A DNA stretch of 64,000 bases. Origin: an uncultured archaeon. GTDB lineage: Archaea; Asgardarchaeota; Lokiarchaeia; Sigyniarchaeales; SOKP01. Positions 1 to 11,094 of this stretch are shown piece after piece. The number at the start of each line of letters is the position of its first letter. Position 1 is the first letter of the stretch. Made by a program: the position numbers and the translations under genes. The notes under the pieces are model-generated. The model was not told the origin of the DNA, ran no database searches, and saw only the letters and a list, made by a program, of their open reading frames with translations. The stretch is taken from contig CAZWEM010000017.1 of NCBI GenBank assembly GCA_964632315.1, positions 10,879 through 74,878 on the forward strand, in the 5' to 3' direction.

Positions 1-20
1 GTCTCATAGAGAGGTAAAAA

Positions 21-326
21 ATGAACATCATATTTTTAAGGACCATTTTTGACTTCTTTAATGCTATTTTCTTACTCATACTCATTTTTGCCGTGCTTTT
101 TATTATAATCGTGATCTTGATCGTGTTGAAACTGATGAAAACGAATGTAAATAAGAAGATTAGCAAAAATAAGAAACACCAACGTATTTTAGATGCCAAG
201 ATTGCAAATTTAGAGTCAATTCCTGTAAAAATCGTTTCTGAGAAAAAGACTTGTTCTTATTGTGGTGCCATTATGGATGGAAAAGCAATCTATTGTGAAA
301 ATTGTGGTTCTAAACTGACAGATTAA
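21..326 (+). CDS. Small membrane protein with C-terminal zinc ribbon
   Basis: N-terminal hydrophobic helix (FFNAIFLLILIFAVLFIIIVILIVL); C-terminal CSYC-x10-CENC; GAGGT upstream of ATG. Confidence 0.8.
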   Translation: MNIIFLRTIFDFFNAIFLLILIFAVLFIIIVILIVLKLMKTNVNKKISKNKKHQRILDAKIANLESIPVKIVSEKKTCSYCGAIMDGKAIYCENCGSKLTD

Positions 327-433
327 TCTTCAATCAGACTAAATGTTCCATCATCAGCACCACATTCCGGGCACTCTTGAGGAATGTCTATTATATCAAA
401 TATTGCTCCACAGGTATCACATTTCCACATCAT
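323..433 (-). CDS. 36-aa rubredoxin-like / CPxCG zinc-finger microprotein (not in ORF track)
   Basis: Hand translation MMWKCDTCGAIFDIIDIPQECPECGADDGTFSLIED; WKCxxCG...CPxCG motif; its stop overlaps the stop of the convergent gene at 323-326. Confidence 0.8.
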   Translation of the reverse strand: MMWKCDTCGAIFDIIDIPQECPECGADDGTFSLIED

Positions 434-590
434 ACTTCCAATAAATAATAAAGTTGAAAATATTTAAAAGTAATTTTCCCTTTTTCACGTGAAAAAAAAG
501 AATAGTATAAACTTATTTAAGCCCACTTGACTTAATTAGAATTATTTGTTAATAGCTTAACAAGTCCAATATTGTTCACGTGGTATTCTC

Positions 591-3500
591 ATGAAGAGGG
601 TTGTAATTACTCATTTTAGAAAATTAATTTTAAGTTCAATTTCAGTATTCCTAATCTTAATTTCTTGCTGTTTTATTTTCTCAATACCAGTTAATAATGA
701 CTTTACGAATCTCAATAATAAAAATAGATTAAGCTCTTTAAAAGAAGCTAATTATCCTACTGATATTTCTCCTATAAATATTGACGATAATTGGACTGAA
801 ACTGAAGCATTTTATGATTGGTGTTCTGGTTCGGGTATTTATGGTGATCCTTTTATAATTAAAGATATCAAACTTAACTGTAAAGAAAAGTCATCTGGGC
901 TTTCAATTAATAATTCCGATAAAAATTATTTTGTCATACAAAATTGCACGTTCTACAATTGTTCAAGTTTCCCAGCAATCATATTACAAAATTCTAATAA
1001 TGGAATAATTCACGAATGTAATCTAAGTAGCAATAATCAAATCGGAATTCAATTAGTAAAAACCGATAATTGCTCATTTACTTTCAATACGATAAGTTAT
1101 AATGAAATAGGTATTTTTTTAGAAAAAACAAATGAATGTAATTTCTATAAAAATAACATCACTCATAATAATATCGTGGGTGTAGATATAAGCACTCCTA
1201 ATTCTGATTTAAACCTCTTCTATCATAATAATTTTTCCAATAATGTTCTAAATGTCAACGATGCTGCGGATAATGAATGGGATAATGGTTCAATAGGTAA
1301 TTATTGGGATGATTATGGGGGTCATGATTTAGATGATGATGAGATAGGAGATGATCCTTATATCATTGACAGCGATTCTCAGGATAATTTTCCTATTTGG
1401 AATGATGGAGATGACATAAATCCTACATTAACAGTGTTAGCCCCCTCGAATAATACGACTTGGTCCACTGCCCCTTTAATTAATGTAAGTGCATATGATA
1501 TCAATCTGGATACCATTTGGTATCTCGTTAATGATTCTGCACAAATTACAGAACTTCAAAATGAAACTGCGGAATATTTACCGAGCTCGTTATGGAGTGA
1601 GCTTGGGGAGGGCCCATTCAACATCAGTTTCTATGCTAATGACACCGCTGGAAATGAAAACGATGCTCTCGTAATTGATCTTTATAAGGATACTACTACT
1701 CCCTTCATAAGCATAATATCTCCTATCAATCAAACTTTTTGGAATCATCGACCGACAATTCAAGTTTTAGTATCCGATACTCACTTTCAATCCGTTTGGT
1801 ATGAGATCAATGGTCAAAAAGAAAATTTAACCAATGGAGTAAGTGAAATTCTTAACACTACAATTTGGGAATCTATTCCAGACGAAAGTCCGTTTACAAT
1901 TAATTTCTATGCCAATGATTCTGTGGGAAACATAAATGATTCCTATTCTTTAGCTCTCTATAAAGATATCACTAATCCTACCTTATCTATTGATTTACCT
2001 GCTGATGGTACTTATTGGAATATCAGACCTAATATCCAAGTAACAGCTTCAGATACTAACCTTGATTCTATTTGGTATGAAGTAAATGGGTTGAGTAATT
2101 TATTAGATAATGGCATATCTGAGCTATTAGATCAAGGAATATGGGATTCATTGTTGGATGAAGAGACGTTTACGATTCTTTTCTACGCGAATGATTCGGC
2201 GGGCAATATTAATTCCCTTAACTCAAGAACCATACATAAAGACATATCAGCACCTTCTTTAACAATTAAATCACCGGATGCTGACAGCTATTGGAACGTA
2301 GTACCTGATATTGAAGCAACGGCTAGCGACACTAATTTTGATTCAATCTGGTATGAAGTAGATGGAGTGAAGGTCCCTCTTTCAAATGGCGTTCTTAGTC
2401 CTCTTGATTCAGGGATATGGAGTTCCTTGTCAGACGAAGAAACGTTCACGATTAATTTCTTTGCAAATGACTCCGCTGGAAATGAAAATTCCTACTACTC
2501 AAGGACAATTCACAAGGACATTTTATCACCTACCTTGACAATTGTCTCACCGGATGCTGATAGCTATTGGAACGCAGTACCTAATATTGAAGCAACGGCT
2601 AGCGATACCAATTTTGATTCAATCTGGTATGAAATAGATGGGGTAAAGGTTTCTCTTTCAAATGGGGTAGCTGAGTTATTAGATCTAGCGATTTGGAGTT
2701 CCTTGTCAGATGAAGAAACGTTCACGATTTTCTTTTTTGCGAATGATTCAGCAGGAAACATCAATTCTCTTCACTCAAGAACTATTCATAAGGATATAAC
2801 TGATCCCTCCGTTTCAGTGGATTTACCATTAAATAATACCTATTGGAATGCTCGACCCGATATTCAAGTTACCGTTAGTGATATCAATTTTGAATCTGTA
2901 TGGTATGAAGTTGGAGGAGTCAAAATTATATTAGAAAATGGAGTCTCAAAACTTTTAGATCAAGACATATGGGATGCGTTATTAGTTGAAGAGACATTCA
3001 CGATTGACTTCTTTGCAAACGATTCAGCAGGGAACTTAAATTCTCTTCACTCAATAACCATTCATAAAGACGTTTTAGATCCTAATTTAATAGTTACTTT
3101 GCCTTTAGATGATAGTTATTGGAATACACGACTAGATATTCAAGCAACAGCATCTGATACGAATTTGGTTTCTATATGGTATGAAGTTGATGGATCCAAG
3201 ATATTATTAGAAAATGGCATATCAGCGCTACTAGATCAAGGCATATGGGATTCTCTATCAGACGAAGAAACGTTCACGATTTTTTTCTATGCGAATGATT
3301 CGGCGGGCAATATTAATTCCCTTAACTCAAGAACTATTCACAAAGATATTCTAAATCCTGATTTACTTATTAATTTACCATTAAATAACTCGTATTGGAA
3401 TACCAGACCAAATATTCAAGCTACTGTCAGCGATACCAATCTCGATTCAGTATGGTATGAAATAGGGGGAGTCAAAATTATATTAGAAAATGGTGTCTCA

Positions 3501-6500
3501 AAGCTATTAAATCAAGAGATCTGGGATGCTTTGTCAGCTGAAGAAACCTTCACGATTTATTTCTATGCAAATGACTCAGCAGGTAACGTGAATTCCCTTA
3601 ATTCAAGAACTATTCATAAAGATATTACTGATCCTGCCTTAACAGTGAATTTACCTTTAAACGATACTTATTGGAACTCAAGGCCTTTGATTCAATCAAC
3701 TGCATCGGATACGAATTTAGATTCTATATGGTATGAAGTTGGGGGAGTGAAAATCTTATTGGATAATGGCATTTCAGAGTTGCTTGATCAAGGGATATGG
3801 GATACTTTATCATCTGAAGAAAGCTTCACAATTTACTTCTTTGCTAATGATTCTGCAGGAAACGTGAATTCACTTTACTCAAGAATTATTCATAAAGATA
3901 CCACTGATCCTACTTTAATAGTAAACTTACCTTTTGATAATACATATTGGAACACCCGACCATATATTCAAGCGACAGTTTCAGATACAAACCTCGATTC
4001 TGTCTGGTACATTGTCGATGCAACGAAAATTTTCTTAGAAAATGGGATCTCTGAGTTACTCGATCAAGGGATATGGGATTCCTTATCTACAGAACAAACT
4101 TTTACAATTTCTTTCTATGCCAATGATTCGGCAGGGAATGTCAATTCTCTCTATTCTCAAACAATTCATAAGGATACTATTGACCCCATTTTACTAGTAG
4201 ACTTACCTTTAGAAGATACTTATTGGAATACCCGACCAAATATTCAAGCTACTGCAAGTGATATCAATTTAGATTCTATATGGTATGAAGTTGGGGGTGT
4301 GAAAATCTTATTGGATAATGACATTTCAGAGTTGCTTGATCAAGAGATATGGGATTCTCTATCAGACGAAGAATCCTTCACGATTAATTTCTTTGCAAAT
4401 GATTTTGCAGGGAACATAAATTCACTTCATTCAATAACCATTCATAAAGACATCATTGATCCCACATTGATAATTGATTTACCTATAGATGGTACTTATT
4501 GGAACATTCGACCTTCCATTCAAGCCACTGCATCTGATACGAATTTGGATTCTATATGGTATGAAGTTTCTGGAACAAAAATCATGTTAGAAAATGGACT
4601 CTCAGAATTACTTGATCAGAGTATCTGGGATTCTTTATCTGCAGAACAAACTTTTACAATTTCTTTCTATGCCAATGATTCGGCAGGGAATGTCAATTCT
4701 CTCTATTCTCAAACAATTCATAAGGATACTATTAACCCTACTTTAGTAGTAAACTTGCCTTTAGATGATACTTATTGGAATACCCGACCATATATCCAAG
4801 TCACTGCTAGTGATAGCAATCTCGATTCTGTATGGTATGAAGTAGGCGGAGTGAAAATCTTATTGGATAATGGCATTTCAGAGTTGCTTGATCAAGGGAT
4901 ATGGGATTCTCTAATGGATGAAGAAACATTCACAATTTACTTTTTTGCTAATGATTCTGCTGGCAATGTAAACTCACTTAGTACAAGAACCGTTCACAAA
5001 GATACTCTAAATCCTAATTTGATGATTGACTTACCTTTAAATGATACTTATTGGAACCTAAGACCTACCATTCAAGCAACTGCATCCGATAGGAATTTTG
5101 ATTCTGTCTGGTATTTAGTTGATGGATCCAAAATATTATTGGAAAATGGAGTCTCAGAACTATTAGATCAAGATATCTGGGATGCACTGTTAGCTGAAGA
5201 GACCTTTACAATATTTTTCTATGCAAATGACTCCGCTGGCAATGTAAACTCGCTTAACACAAGAATCGTTCACAAAGATATTCTAAATCCTGATTTAACT
5301 ATTAATTTACCATTAGATGACTCATATTGGAATACAAGACCATATATTCAAGCCACTGCCAGCGATACCAATCTCGATTCAGTATGGTATGAAGTTGACG
5401 GAGTAAAAATTATATTGAATGATGGTATCCCTGAACTACTGGATCAAGTGATATGGAATACATTATTAGCCGAAGAAACCTTTACAATTTATTTCTATGC
5501 CAATGACTCTGCGGGTAACGTGAATTCTCTCTTTTCTCGAACCATCCATAAAGATGTTACAGATCCTGTTTTGACTGTGCATTTACCCTTAGAGGATACT
5601 TATTGGAATACTCGTCCTAACATTCAAGCTACAGCCACCGATATCAATTTAGATTCTGTATGGTATATAATTGATGGAACCAAGGTAATCTTATCAAACG
5701 GAGTGGCAGAACTACTGGATCAAGTGATATGGAATACATTATTAGCCGAAGAAACCTTTACAATTTATTTCTATGCCAATGACTCTGCGGGTAACGTGAA
5801 TTCTCTCTATTCTCGAACGATTCTCAAGGATGTTACCGATCCTGTTTTAACTGTTAATTTACCTCTAAATGATTCTTATTGGAATATACCACCTGATATT
5901 CAAGCCACTGCCAGCGATACCAATCTCGATTCAGTATGGTATCAAGTGAATGGTGTTAAAATCTCGTTAGAAAATGGCATCTCAGAATTACTAGATCAAA
6001 ACATATGGAATGCTTTAGCAGTTGAAGAGAGTTTTACGATTCATTATTACGCAAATGATTCTGCCGGAAACGTGAATTCACTTTATTCTCGAACCATTCA
6101 TAAAGATGTTTTAGATCCTGAAGTAACCATTAATTTGCCTTTTGATGGTACATTCTGGAATACTCGTCCTAATGTTCAAATCACAGTAAGCGATATTAAT
6201 TTCGATTCAGTATGGTATGAAGTCGATAGTTCTAAGATTTTGCGGGAAAATGGCATTTCAGAGTTATTGAATCAGGGTATATGGAATGCGTTATCCGCTG
6301 AGGAGACTTTTACGATTTATTTCTTTGCCAATGATTCAGCTGGAAACGTGAATTCTCTTTATTCTCGAACCATCCATAAAGATATAACAGATCCTGTTTT
6401 AACGGTGAATTTACCCTTAGATGATACTTATTGGAATACCAGACCAAATGTTCAAGCCACAGCAAGCGATATCAATTTCGATTCTATCTGGTATGAAATA

Positions 6501-9500
6501 AATGGGGTTAAAATCTTATTAGAAACTGGTATCTCTGAATTGCTTGATCAAAACGTATGGGACTTTTTAGCAGTTGAGGAGTCGTTTGCCATTTATTTCT
6601 ATGCTAACGATTCTGCAGGAAACGTCAATTCACTTTTTGCACAAACTATTCATAAAGACGTTTTAAATCCTAATTTGATTGTTAATTTGCCTGTAGATAA
6701 TAGTTATTGGAATATGCCAGCTGATATTCAAGCCACAGCAAGCGATACCAATTTTGATTCTGTATGGTATGCGGTCAATGGGGTTAAAATAATTTTGGAG
6801 AATGGATTGTCAGAATTACTCGATTCAAGTATATGGGAAGCACTTTCCGATGAAGAAACATTTACGATTTCTTTCTTTGCCAATGATTCAGCAGGGAATA
6901 TCAATTCTCTTTATTCTCGAACGATTCACAAGGATGTTACCGATCCCGTTTTAACGGTGAATTTACCCTTGAATGATACTTATTGGAATACTCGTCCTAC
7001 CATTCAAACCACTGCATCTGATATAAATTTTGATTCTGTTTGGTATATTGTGAATGGAATTAAGATAATGTTGGAAAATGGAGTATCTGAACAACTTAAT
7101 CTAACTATTTGGAATCTTTTATCACCTGAAGAAACTTTTACTATCTTTTTCTATGCGAATGATTCTGCTGGTAATATTAATTCTCTTTATTCTTGCACCC
7201 TTCATAAAGACACCAAGGGACCTGAAATCACGATTACTAATCCATCTAATCATGATGTATTTGGATTAGTTACTCCAAGTTGTATAGTTAATTTTTACGA
7301 TCTTAATGGAGTGGATGAAAATTGGTATCAATTGTCAAATGGTACTTTTACTACTCCTATTAGATATTGGTCCGGATCAATAAGTGCTGATGATTGGATT
7401 TTAATGGAAAATGGCACGGTTTCAATTATCTTTTATGCTAATGATAGTGTGGGAAATATCGAAATGCTTAGTATTTTTGTTTATAAAGATATTATTTCTC
7501 CTTCAATCATAATTAATACCCCACAACCTTACGATTTATTTGGTACGACTGCTCCAAATATAGACCTTGATATATATGATCCTCACCTCGAAACTGTTTG
7601 GTATCAATTAGAAAATGCGAGTATATCGACTGAATTATTTTTATGGACGGGTTCAATAAACAGTGCTAATTGGAACCTTATAGGGAATGGAACGGTTGAA
7701 ATTCATTTCTTAGCATACGATTCGGTAAATAATATCGCATTAAAAACCCTTAATGTCAGAAAAAATATATTTGATCCAATTATTACAATATTGAATCCAG
7801 CCGATGGGACTGTTATCGGACAAGTTCCTCCTATTATGACCTTATACATTGCTAGCGCAGAAGTTGATTCTATTTGGTATTATTTAAGTAATGGAACTGT
7901 CACCACAAGCAATACAACGTGGACAGGTAGCATTAGTGAAAGCTTATGGAATTTATTTGATGATGGTCATGTTGATGTTTATTTTTATATTAATGATACT
8001 TTAGGAAATTTAGGAAGCGACTCTAAAACCATTATTAAAGATTTAATTGCCCCCACAGTTTTTGTAATCTTCCCCAATAATTATGATGTGTTTGGAAAAG
8101 GTGTCCCCTTGATTTCTATTGATTTCTATGATTTACATGCCATTGATCAAATAATGTACCAGCTTCATCATTCATCTCTTACTACATCATTAAGAAATTG
8201 GGAAGGAATGATCAACTATGATGATTGGAATTTGATGCCTAATGGTACAGTAACTATTGCTTTTTATGTAAATGACACAGCAGGTAATTTAGCTTCTCAA
8301 AATATAACTGTGTATAAGGATAGTATCGATCCATTATTATCGATTAACTTACCGCTCGAAAATACTTATTGGAACACACGCCCTACCATTCAAGCCACTG
8401 CAACTGACCCGAATTTCGATTCAATATGGTACGTTGTGAACGGAATGAAAGTTATTCTTGAGAATGGGTTAGGAGAATTACTGGATCAAGCCATTTGGGA
8501 TGTGTTATCAGCCGAGGAGACCTTCACGATCTATTTTTACGCCAATGATACTGTTGGAAATATCAATTTTCTCAATTCAGTAACATTAAATAAAGATATT
8601 AATGCTCCTGTATTAATAATTGACTTTCCTGGTAAATTCACCTATTGGAATACACCTCCCAATATTCAAGTCACTGCTTTTGATATTAATTTTGATTCAG
8701 TATGGTATTTCATTGACGGAAACAAGGTAATTTTAGAAAATGGGGTTCCACAATTACTCAATCATGATATATGGGATGAAATAGCATTAGAAAGTTCCTT
8801 CTGGATTCATTTTTATGTAAATGATTCCGCTGGGAATATCAATTCTTCAGTTTCAATAATTTTATTTAAAGATACCAGGAGTCCAGAGATAACAATTAGT
8901 AATCCTTCTGAGTTCGATCTTTTTGGAAAGGATGAACCCTTATGTTCTGTAGGTTTTTATGATACTAATGGTATTGATGAAAGATGGTACCAATTAACCA
9001 ATGGAATCACAATTTCACAAATTAGAACATGGACAGGTTCAATTAACGCCGACGATTGGGATCTAATGCCTAACGGTACAGTGATGATCATCTTTTTTGC
9101 GAATGATACGCTAGGTAATATAGCATCTCAAAATATTACTGTATATAAAGATAGCATTGCTCCATCATTAATAATAAATTTACCTCTCGAAAATACCTAT
9201 TGGAATTCGAGACCCCCCATTCAAGCCTTGGCAAGTGATCAGAATTTCGATTCAGTTTGGTATGAAGTTGGTAACATCAAGATAATTCTCGAAAATGCAG
9301 TAGAAGAATTTCTTAATCAGGGTATATGGGATTCGTTAATGGTTGAGGAAAGCTTCACGATCTATTTTTATGCCAATGATACAGTTGGAAATATCAATTC
9401 GCTCAATTCAGTAACATTAAATAAAGATATAAGGCCTCCTAAAATAACTATTAATTTACCTACAAGCAATTCTTATTGGAATACACCTCCCAATATTCAA

Positions 9501-10787
9501 GTTACAACTCTTGATTCTAATTTTGATTCAGTATGGTATGTTCTTGATGGTACTAAAATTATGCTAGAAATTGGCATATCAGAATTACTTGATCAAAGCA
9601 TATGGGATGGATTAGCTTCAGAAACCTCCTTTATAATCCTCTTTTATGCAAATGATTCCGCTGGGAATATTAATTCTTCAGTTTCAGTTAATCTATTTAA
9701 AGATACCAAGAATCCTGAGATAATAATTAATAGTCCTTCTGAGTTCGATCTTTTCGGAAAAAACGAGCCTTCTGTCTCTATAAATTTCTATGATCTTAGT
9801 GGTATTGACGAAAGCTGGTACCAATTAACCAATGGATTTACTACTTCACCAATTAGAATATGGACGGGCTCGATTAACGCCGACGATTGGGATCTAATGC
9901 CCAACGGTACAACAACGATCATCTTTTTTACAAATGATAGTGTGGGGAATGTTGGTATTAAAAACGTTTCTGTCTATAAAGATATTATCGGACCTGAAGT
10001 ATATATATATTATCCAGATGAAGGAGAACTATATGGTTCTGAAGTGCCAAGTGTTTACTTTTATTTAAATGACGGGAATGGAATTTCAATTAGGACTTAT
10101 CAATTGAGTAATGGTACTACTTCAACTCCCAAATATGAATGGACTGGAGAAATTAGTCAAACTGTATGGGATCAAATTAGAAATGGGACATTGTTTATTC
10201 ATATTTATGCTACTGATACGCTTGGGAACGAAGGATCCGATTTCATCTCGATAAGAAAAGATACCATTGCACCCTCTATTGATGTCATCCTACCACAAAA
10301 CTATCAAGAGGTAGGGCGAGATTCGCCATTTTTTGAAGTTAATTTTACTGATGCGAATTTTGCCAACAGTTGGTATAGAATTATTGGTACCGGTTCGAAT
10401 ATCTTCTTTTCGGGTTCTTATGGTAAAATTGATGAAAATTTATGGGAAGAGATATGGGATACGATTGAAGAAAACGAGATCATTACAATTAGGTTCTATT
10501 CCAATGACACTCTCGGAAATCTAAATTATAAAGATCTTAGCTTGGTGAAACCTCTATCTCAAAGTGGAGCAGATGATAATAACCCTCCTCCCGAATTTCC
10601 AATTAAGCTGGTCGAATTCATCCCCCTAACACTTATTATCGGTTTTACTGTAACTCTTACAGCAATTATAAAGAAAAGCCGATTCTACAATATCACAGAC
10701 AAAAAACACCAGAAATTAATTAATAGGATTCTTGTTCTGGTTGCTCTCCTCTCAACGTTGATAACTATTTCAATCTTGATACAGTGA
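591..10787 (+). CDS. Giant membrane-anchored surface glycoprotein: signal/TM, NosD/CASH-like parallel beta-helix, 33 Ig-like repeats, C-terminal TM pair
   Basis: N-terminal hydrophobic segment; Asn-rich beta-helix with WDNGSIGNYWDDY...D.FP motif; 33 F(Y/F)ANDSxGN-type repeats of about 92 aa; two C-terminal hydrophobic helices. Confidence 0.85.
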   Translation: MKRVVITHFRKLILSSISVFLILISCCFIFSIPVNNDFTNLNNKNRLSSLKEANYPTDISPINIDDNWTETEAFYDWCSGSGIYGDPFIIKDIKLNCKEKSSGLSINNSDKNYFVIQNCTFYNCSSFPAIILQNSNNGIIHECNLSSNNQIGIQLVKTDNCSFTFNTISYNEIGIFLEKTNECNFYKNNITHNNIVGVDISTPNSDLNLFYHNNFSNNVLNVNDAADNEWDNGSIGNYWDDYGGHDLDDDEIGDDPYIIDSDSQDNFPIWNDGDDINPTLTVLAPSNNTTWSTAPLINVSAYDINLDTIWYLVNDSAQITELQNETAEYLPSSLWSELGEGPFNISFYANDTAGNENDALVIDLYKDTTTPFISIISPINQTFWNHRPTIQVLVSDTHFQSVWYEINGQKENLTNGVSEILNTTIWESIPDESPFTINFYANDSVGNINDSYSLALYKDITNPTLSIDLPADGTYWNIRPNIQVTASDTNLDSIWYEVNGLSNLLDNGISELLDQGIWDSLLDEETFTILFYANDSAGNINSLNSRTIHKDISAPSLTIKSPDADSYWNVVPDIEATASDTNFDSIWYEVDGVKVPLSNGVLSPLDSGIWSSLSDEETFTINFFANDSAGNENSYYSRTIHKDILSPTLTIVSPDADSYWNAVPNIEATASDTNFDSIWYEIDGVKVSLSNGVAELLDLAIWSSLSDEETFTIFFFANDSAGNINSLHSRTIHKDITDPSVSVDLPLNNTYWNARPDIQVTVSDINFESVWYEVGGVKIILENGVSKLLDQDIWDALLVEETFTIDFFANDSAGNLNSLHSITIHKDVLDPNLIVTLPLDDSYWNTRLDIQATASDTNLVSIWYEVDGSKILLENGISALLDQGIWDSLSDEETFTIFFYANDSAGNINSLNSRTIHKDILNPDLLINLPLNNSYWNTRPNIQATVSDTNLDSVWYEIGGVKIILENGVSKLLNQEIWDALSAEETFTIYFYANDSAGNVNSLNSRTIHKDITDPALTVNLPLNDTYWNSRPLIQSTASDTNLDSIWYEVGGVKILLDNGISELLDQGIWDTLSSEESFTIYFFANDSAGNVNSLYSRIIHKDTTDPTLIVNLPFDNTYWNTRPYIQATVSDTNLDSVWYIVDATKIFLENGISELLDQGIWDSLSTEQTFTISFYANDSAGNVNSLYSQTIHKDTIDPILLVDLPLEDTYWNTRPNIQATASDINLDSIWYEVGGVKILLDNDISELLDQEIWDSLSDEESFTINFFANDFAGNINSLHSITIHKDIIDPTLIIDLPIDGTYWNIRPSIQATASDTNLDSIWYEVSGTKIMLENGLSELLDQSIWDSLSAEQTFTISFYANDSAGNVNSLYSQTIHKDTINPTLVVNLPLDDTYWNTRPYIQVTASDSNLDSVWYEVGGVKILLDNGISELLDQGIWDSLMDEETFTIYFFANDSAGNVNSLSTRTVHKDTLNPNLMIDLPLNDTYWNLRPTIQATASDRNFDSVWYLVDGSKILLENGVSELLDQDIWDALLAEETFTIFFYANDSAGNVNSLNTRIVHKDILNPDLTINLPLDDSYWNTRPYIQATASDTNLDSVWYEVDGVKIILNDGIPELLDQVIWNTLLAEETFTIYFYANDSAGNVNSLFSRTIHKDVTDPVLTVHLPLEDTYWNTRPNIQATATDINLDSVWYIIDGTKVILSNGVAELLDQVIWNTLLAEETFTIYFYANDSAGNVNSLYSRTILKDVTDPVLTVNLPLNDSYWNIPPDIQATASDTNLDSVWYQVNGVKISLENGISELLDQNIWNALAVEESFTIHYYANDSAGNVNSLYSRTIHKDVLDPEVTINLPFDGTFWNTRPNVQITVSDINFDSVWYEVDSSKILRENGISELLNQGIWNALSAEETFTIYFFANDSAGNVNSLYSRTIHKDITDPVLTVNLPLDDTYWNTRPNVQATASDINFDSIWYEINGVKILLETGISELLDQNVWDFLAVEESFAIYFYANDSAGNVNSLFAQTIHKDVLNPNLIVNLPVDNSYWNMPADIQATASDTNFDSVWYAVNGVKIILENGLSELLDSSIWEALSDEETFTISFFANDSAGNINSLYSRTIHKDVTDPVLTVNLPLNDTYWNTRPTIQTTASDINFDSVWYIVNGIKIMLENGVSEQLNLTIWNLLSPEETFTIFFYANDSAGNINSLYSCTLHKDTKGPEITITNPSNHDVFGLVTPSCIVNFYDLNGVDENWYQLSNGTFTTPIRYWSGSISADDWILMENGTVSIIFYANDSVGNIEMLSIFVYKDIISPSIIINTPQPYDLFGTTAPNIDLDIYDPHLETVWYQLENASISTELFLWTGSINSANWNLIGNGTVEIHFLAYDSVNNIALKTLNVRKNIFDPIITILNPADGTVIGQVPPIMTLYIASAEVDSIWYYLSNGTVTTSNTTWTGSISESLWNLFDDGHVDVYFYINDTLGNLGSDSKTIIKDLIAPTVFVIFPNNYDVFGKGVPLISIDFYDLHAIDQIMYQLHHSSLTTSLRNWEGMINYDDWNLMPNGTVTIAFYVNDTAGNLASQNITVYKDSIDPLLSINLPLENTYWNTRPTIQATATDPNFDSIWYVVNGMKVILENGLGELLDQAIWDVLSAEETFTIYFYANDTVGNINFLNSVTLNKDINAPVLIIDFPGKFTYWNTPPNIQVTAFDINFDSVWYFIDGNKVILENGVPQLLNHDIWDEIALESSFWIHFYVNDSAGNINSSVSIILFKDTRSPEITISNPSEFDLFGKDEPLCSVGFYDTNGIDERWYQLTNGITISQIRTWTGSINADDWDLMPNGTVMIIFFANDTLGNIASQNITVYKDSIAPSLIINLPLENTYWNSRPPIQALASDQNFDSVWYEVGNIKIILENAVEEFLNQGIWDSLMVEESFTIYFYANDTVGNINSLNSVTLNKDIRPPKITINLPTSNSYWNTPPNIQVTTLDSNFDSVWYVLDGTKIMLEIGISELLDQSIWDGLASETSFIILFYANDSAGNINSSVSVNLFKDTKNPEIIINSPSEFDLFGKNEPSVSINFYDLSGIDESWYQLTNGFTTSPIRIWTGSINADDWDLMPNGTTTIIFFTNDSVGNVGIKNVSVYKDIIGPEVYIYYPDEGELYGSEVPSVYFYLNDGNGISIRTYQLSNGTTSTPKYEWTGEISQTVWDQIRNGTLFIHIYATDTLGNEGSDFISIRKDTIAPSIDVILPQNYQEVGRDSPFFEVNFTDANFANSWYRIIGTGSNIFFSGSYGKIDENLWEEIWDTIEENEIITIRFYSNDTLGNLNYKDLSLVKPLSQSGADDNNPPPEFPIKLVEFIPLTLIIGFTVTLTAIIKKSRFYNITDKKHQKLINRILVLVALLSTLITISILIQ
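1413..10553 (+). repeat. Intragenic tandem array of about 276-nt coding repeats (33 units, two subtypes)
   Basis: Recurring tattggaa...tggtat...aatgattc motifs at 276-nt period; identical DNA blocks e.g. 5433-5530 vs 5709-5806 and 4091-4181 vs 4643-4733. Confidence 0.9.
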
Positions 10788-11094
10788 GTTTTTTACAAGC
10801 AAAAATATGAATTTAAATCATAATGCAAATCATTGACTACTTTCTAATTTTTCTCAGGATCTTATGCATTAAGTGCTCTTTTTTTGCTTGGGTTGTACTT
10901 TTCTAAGAATTGGAAGAAATGAAAAAATGTTTCCAAATTCGTTTTTAATATTTCATTTTTGCTTTAGAAGAAGATTTCCTTTCTCTAAATAGTCAAAAAT
11001 CTATTTCATTATATGAAATGTATAAAAATTTCTCAACCTTTAGGTTAATCAAGAATTTAAAAAAAAAAAGAGAGCGAAATTCAAATCGTTGCTT

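Noticed and set aside
1413-10553. Long repeat array as CRISPR or a diversity-generating retroelement template/variable repeat
   Set aside because: Repeats are in-frame 276-nt coding units; no short repeat-spacer structure, cas gene or reverse transcriptase in the window
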